A stretch of 64,000 bases of DNA from Blastocatellia bacterium (lineage in GTDB: Bacteria > Acidobacteriota > Blastocatellia > UBA7656): NCBI GenBank assembly GCA_045807725.1, contig JBJMGV010000126.1, forward strand, positions 28,802 to 92,801, in the 5' to 3' direction. Position numbers and translations under genes: made by a program. Positions 62,404 through 64,000 of this stretch are shown here, piece by piece (position 1 is the stretch's first letter; each line of letters begins with the position of its first letter). The notes under the pieces are model-generated. The model was not told the DNA's origin. It saw nothing but the letters and a program-made list of their open reading frames with translations, and did no database searches.

Positions 62404-62547
62404 CCACCGTAGTCTTTCGTTCGGGGCGGCCCGCAGCGTCGCCCCGAATTCCGTTTCAGTTTTAAGTTCAACAGTGGATTCGCCATTCGGGGCAATGCCG
62501 CAGCGCCGCCCCGCCAAGAGGCCGCCAGTCACCAAGCGGAGGAGTCA

Positions 62548-63990
62548 ATGAAGAAAGCTATCACCATCGTGTTCGCCGCCGCGTTCGTCGCCGCGCTCTG
62601 TTTCGCCTTTTCGCCGGCGACCAGCGCCGCCGGCCCGAGCAAACGCGAAGTCACCTTCTCGAAAGACATCGCGCCGATCTTTTTCAAGAACTGCGCCGAG
62701 TGTCACAAACCCAACGACATTGCGCCGATGTCTCTGCTCACGTTCAAAGAGGCGCGTCCGTGGGCGCGCTCGATCAAAGAAAAGGTCGCCACCCGCGAGA
62801 TGCCGCCCTGGAGTCCTGACCCGCACTACGGCCAGTTCACCAACGAGAAGCGGCTGACGGACAAAGAAGTCGAGACTATCGTTGCCTGGGTCGATGGCGG
62901 CGCGAAGGAAGGCAATCCGAAAGACCTGCCGCCGACGCCTGAGTTCGCCAAAGGCGGCTGGACGATTGGCAAACCCGACGCCGTCTTCGAGATGGGCGAA
63001 GAGTGGACGATTAATCCGAACGCGCCCGACAACTACATCAACTTCTTCATGCCGACGAACTTTAAAGAAGATCGTTGGGTGCAGGCGGCTGAGATACTGC
63101 CCGGCAATCGCAAGGTCGTGCATCACGTCATCGCCTTCATCCAGTCGCCGCAGATGATGGCCAAGCGCGCCGAAGCCGCGAAGAACGGCGGCAAGGTCGG
63201 CGGGCGCACGGCGGACGGCAAGCTGTTTTATCTCGACGGCACGCTGCGCCGCGTCAAGATGGACGCGCCGGTGACGGACGACGCATGCAGCCAGCAGCAG
63301 CCGACCGGCGGGCGTCGCATCGGCGGCGGCGGCGACGAGAACGAAGGCGCGCTGCTTGGCGGTTACGCGCCGGGTCTCGAAGCGGCGGTCTACCCGGCGG
63401 GCGTCGCCAAGCGGCTGCCGGCAGGCTCGACCATCATGTTTCAGGTGCACTATTCGAGCTTCCGTGGCGCGCTCGACAAGCCCGAAAAAGACCGCACGAA
63501 GATCGGCCTGATCTTCGCCAAAGAGCCGCCCGATAAGATGGCCGTGACGTTTGCGGCGGCCAACGTGATGTTCAAGATTCCGGCGGGCTCAGAGAGTCAC
63601 GAAGTCACCGCTTGCCAGACTGTGCCGGCAGACGTTCAAGTGCTCAACTACATGCCGCATATGCATCTGCGCGGCAAGGATATGAAGTACGAAATCATTT
63701 ATCCCGACGGCAAGCGCGAGACAGTGCTGTGGGTTCCGAAGTTCAACTTCAACTGGCAGGCTGCCTACGTGCTGAAGGAGCCATTGAAGGTGCCGAAGGG
63801 GTCGAAGCTGATCGTCACCGCCCACTACGACAACTCGAAGAAGAACAAGTACAACCCCGACCCGGCGAAAGATGTGCGTTGGGGCGATCCGACCTATGAC
63901 GAGATGATGATTGGCTGGCTCGACATCATGGTCGATAACCCGATGAAGAAGCCGAAAGCCGATCCGGCAGCGGGCGGCGGCCAGAAGTAA
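62548..63990 (+). CDS. Cytochrome c / copper-monooxygenase-like fusion protein, paralog 2
   Basis: ~60% identical to paralog 1; the same CAECH, HHVIAF, QVHYS, MPHMHLRGKDM and DEMMIGWLD motifs. Confidence 0.65.
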   Translation: MKKAITIVFAAAFVAALCFAFSPATSAAGPSKREVTFSKDIAPIFFKNCAECHKPNDIAPMSLLTFKEARPWARSIKEKVATREMPPWSPDPHYGQFTNEKRLTDKEVETIVAWVDGGAKEGNPKDLPPTPEFAKGGWTIGKPDAVFEMGEEWTINPNAPDNYINFFMPTNFKEDRWVQAAEILPGNRKVVHHVIAFIQSPQMMAKRAEAAKNGGKVGGRTADGKLFYLDGTLRRVKMDAPVTDDACSQQQPTGGRRIGGGGDENEGALLGGYAPGLEAAVYPAGVAKRLPAGSTIMFQVHYSSFRGALDKPEKDRTKIGLIFAKEPPDKMAVTFAAANVMFKIPAGSESHEVTACQTVPADVQVLNYMPHMHLRGKDMKYEIIYPDGKRETVLWVPKFNFNWQAAYVLKEPLKVPKGSKLIVTAHYDNSKKNKYNPDPAKDVRWGDPTYDEMMIGWLDIMVDNPMKKPKADPAAGGGQK

Positions 63991-64000
63991 GCTGCCTTAC

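Overview
This is a high-GC window (about 63-65% GC) from a bacterial chromosome. Gene content (PSCyt-type cytochrome c domains, a DUF1080 protein, several ECF sigma/anti-sigma pairs, frequent TTG/GTG starts) suggests Acidobacteriota or a related phylum, but this is inference only. About 60 protein genes are supportable, together with one tRNA-Arg(TCT), several regulatory sites (promoters, terminators, an attenuator) and many intergenic repeat elements. Housekeeping genes include pyrH (partial), tsf, rpsB, rpsI, rplM, murA, proS, sucC, glgC, psuG, ogt and a pheA-DAHP synthase operon. Accessory content includes a metal/envelope-stress cluster (His-rich OM-like protein, two LTXXQ Spy/CpxP-like proteins, ECF sigma and anti-sigma). 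There is also a YefM/YoeB toxin-antitoxin pair, an M13 peptidase, a FtsX-type ABC efflux operon with a HlyD adaptor, and a BNR-repeat protein. A DUF4157 metallopeptidase-like protein lies next to the tRNA. Further accessory genes are a PAS hybrid histidine kinase, a CarH-like B12-binding MerR regulator, a bacterial type IB topoisomerase and a GNAT/NDP-forming acyl-CoA synthetase (Pat-like) fusion. The last accessory group is a di-heme cytochrome c peroxidase fused to a beta-helix domain next to an aquaporin, and two tandem paralogs of a cytochrome c / copper-monooxygenase-like fusion. No single defined multi-gene system stands out. The unexplained structure is dominated by a pervasive family of intergenic palindromes whose arms are tandem heptamer/11-mer arrays. 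It also includes a ~220-bp MITE-like element in two inverted copies, CRISPR-like ~51-bp tandem arrays without cas genes, and a Phe-rich leader-peptide attenuator upstream of pheA. Coordinates of internal starts were derived by arithmetic from the ORF track and may be off by a few nucleotides.
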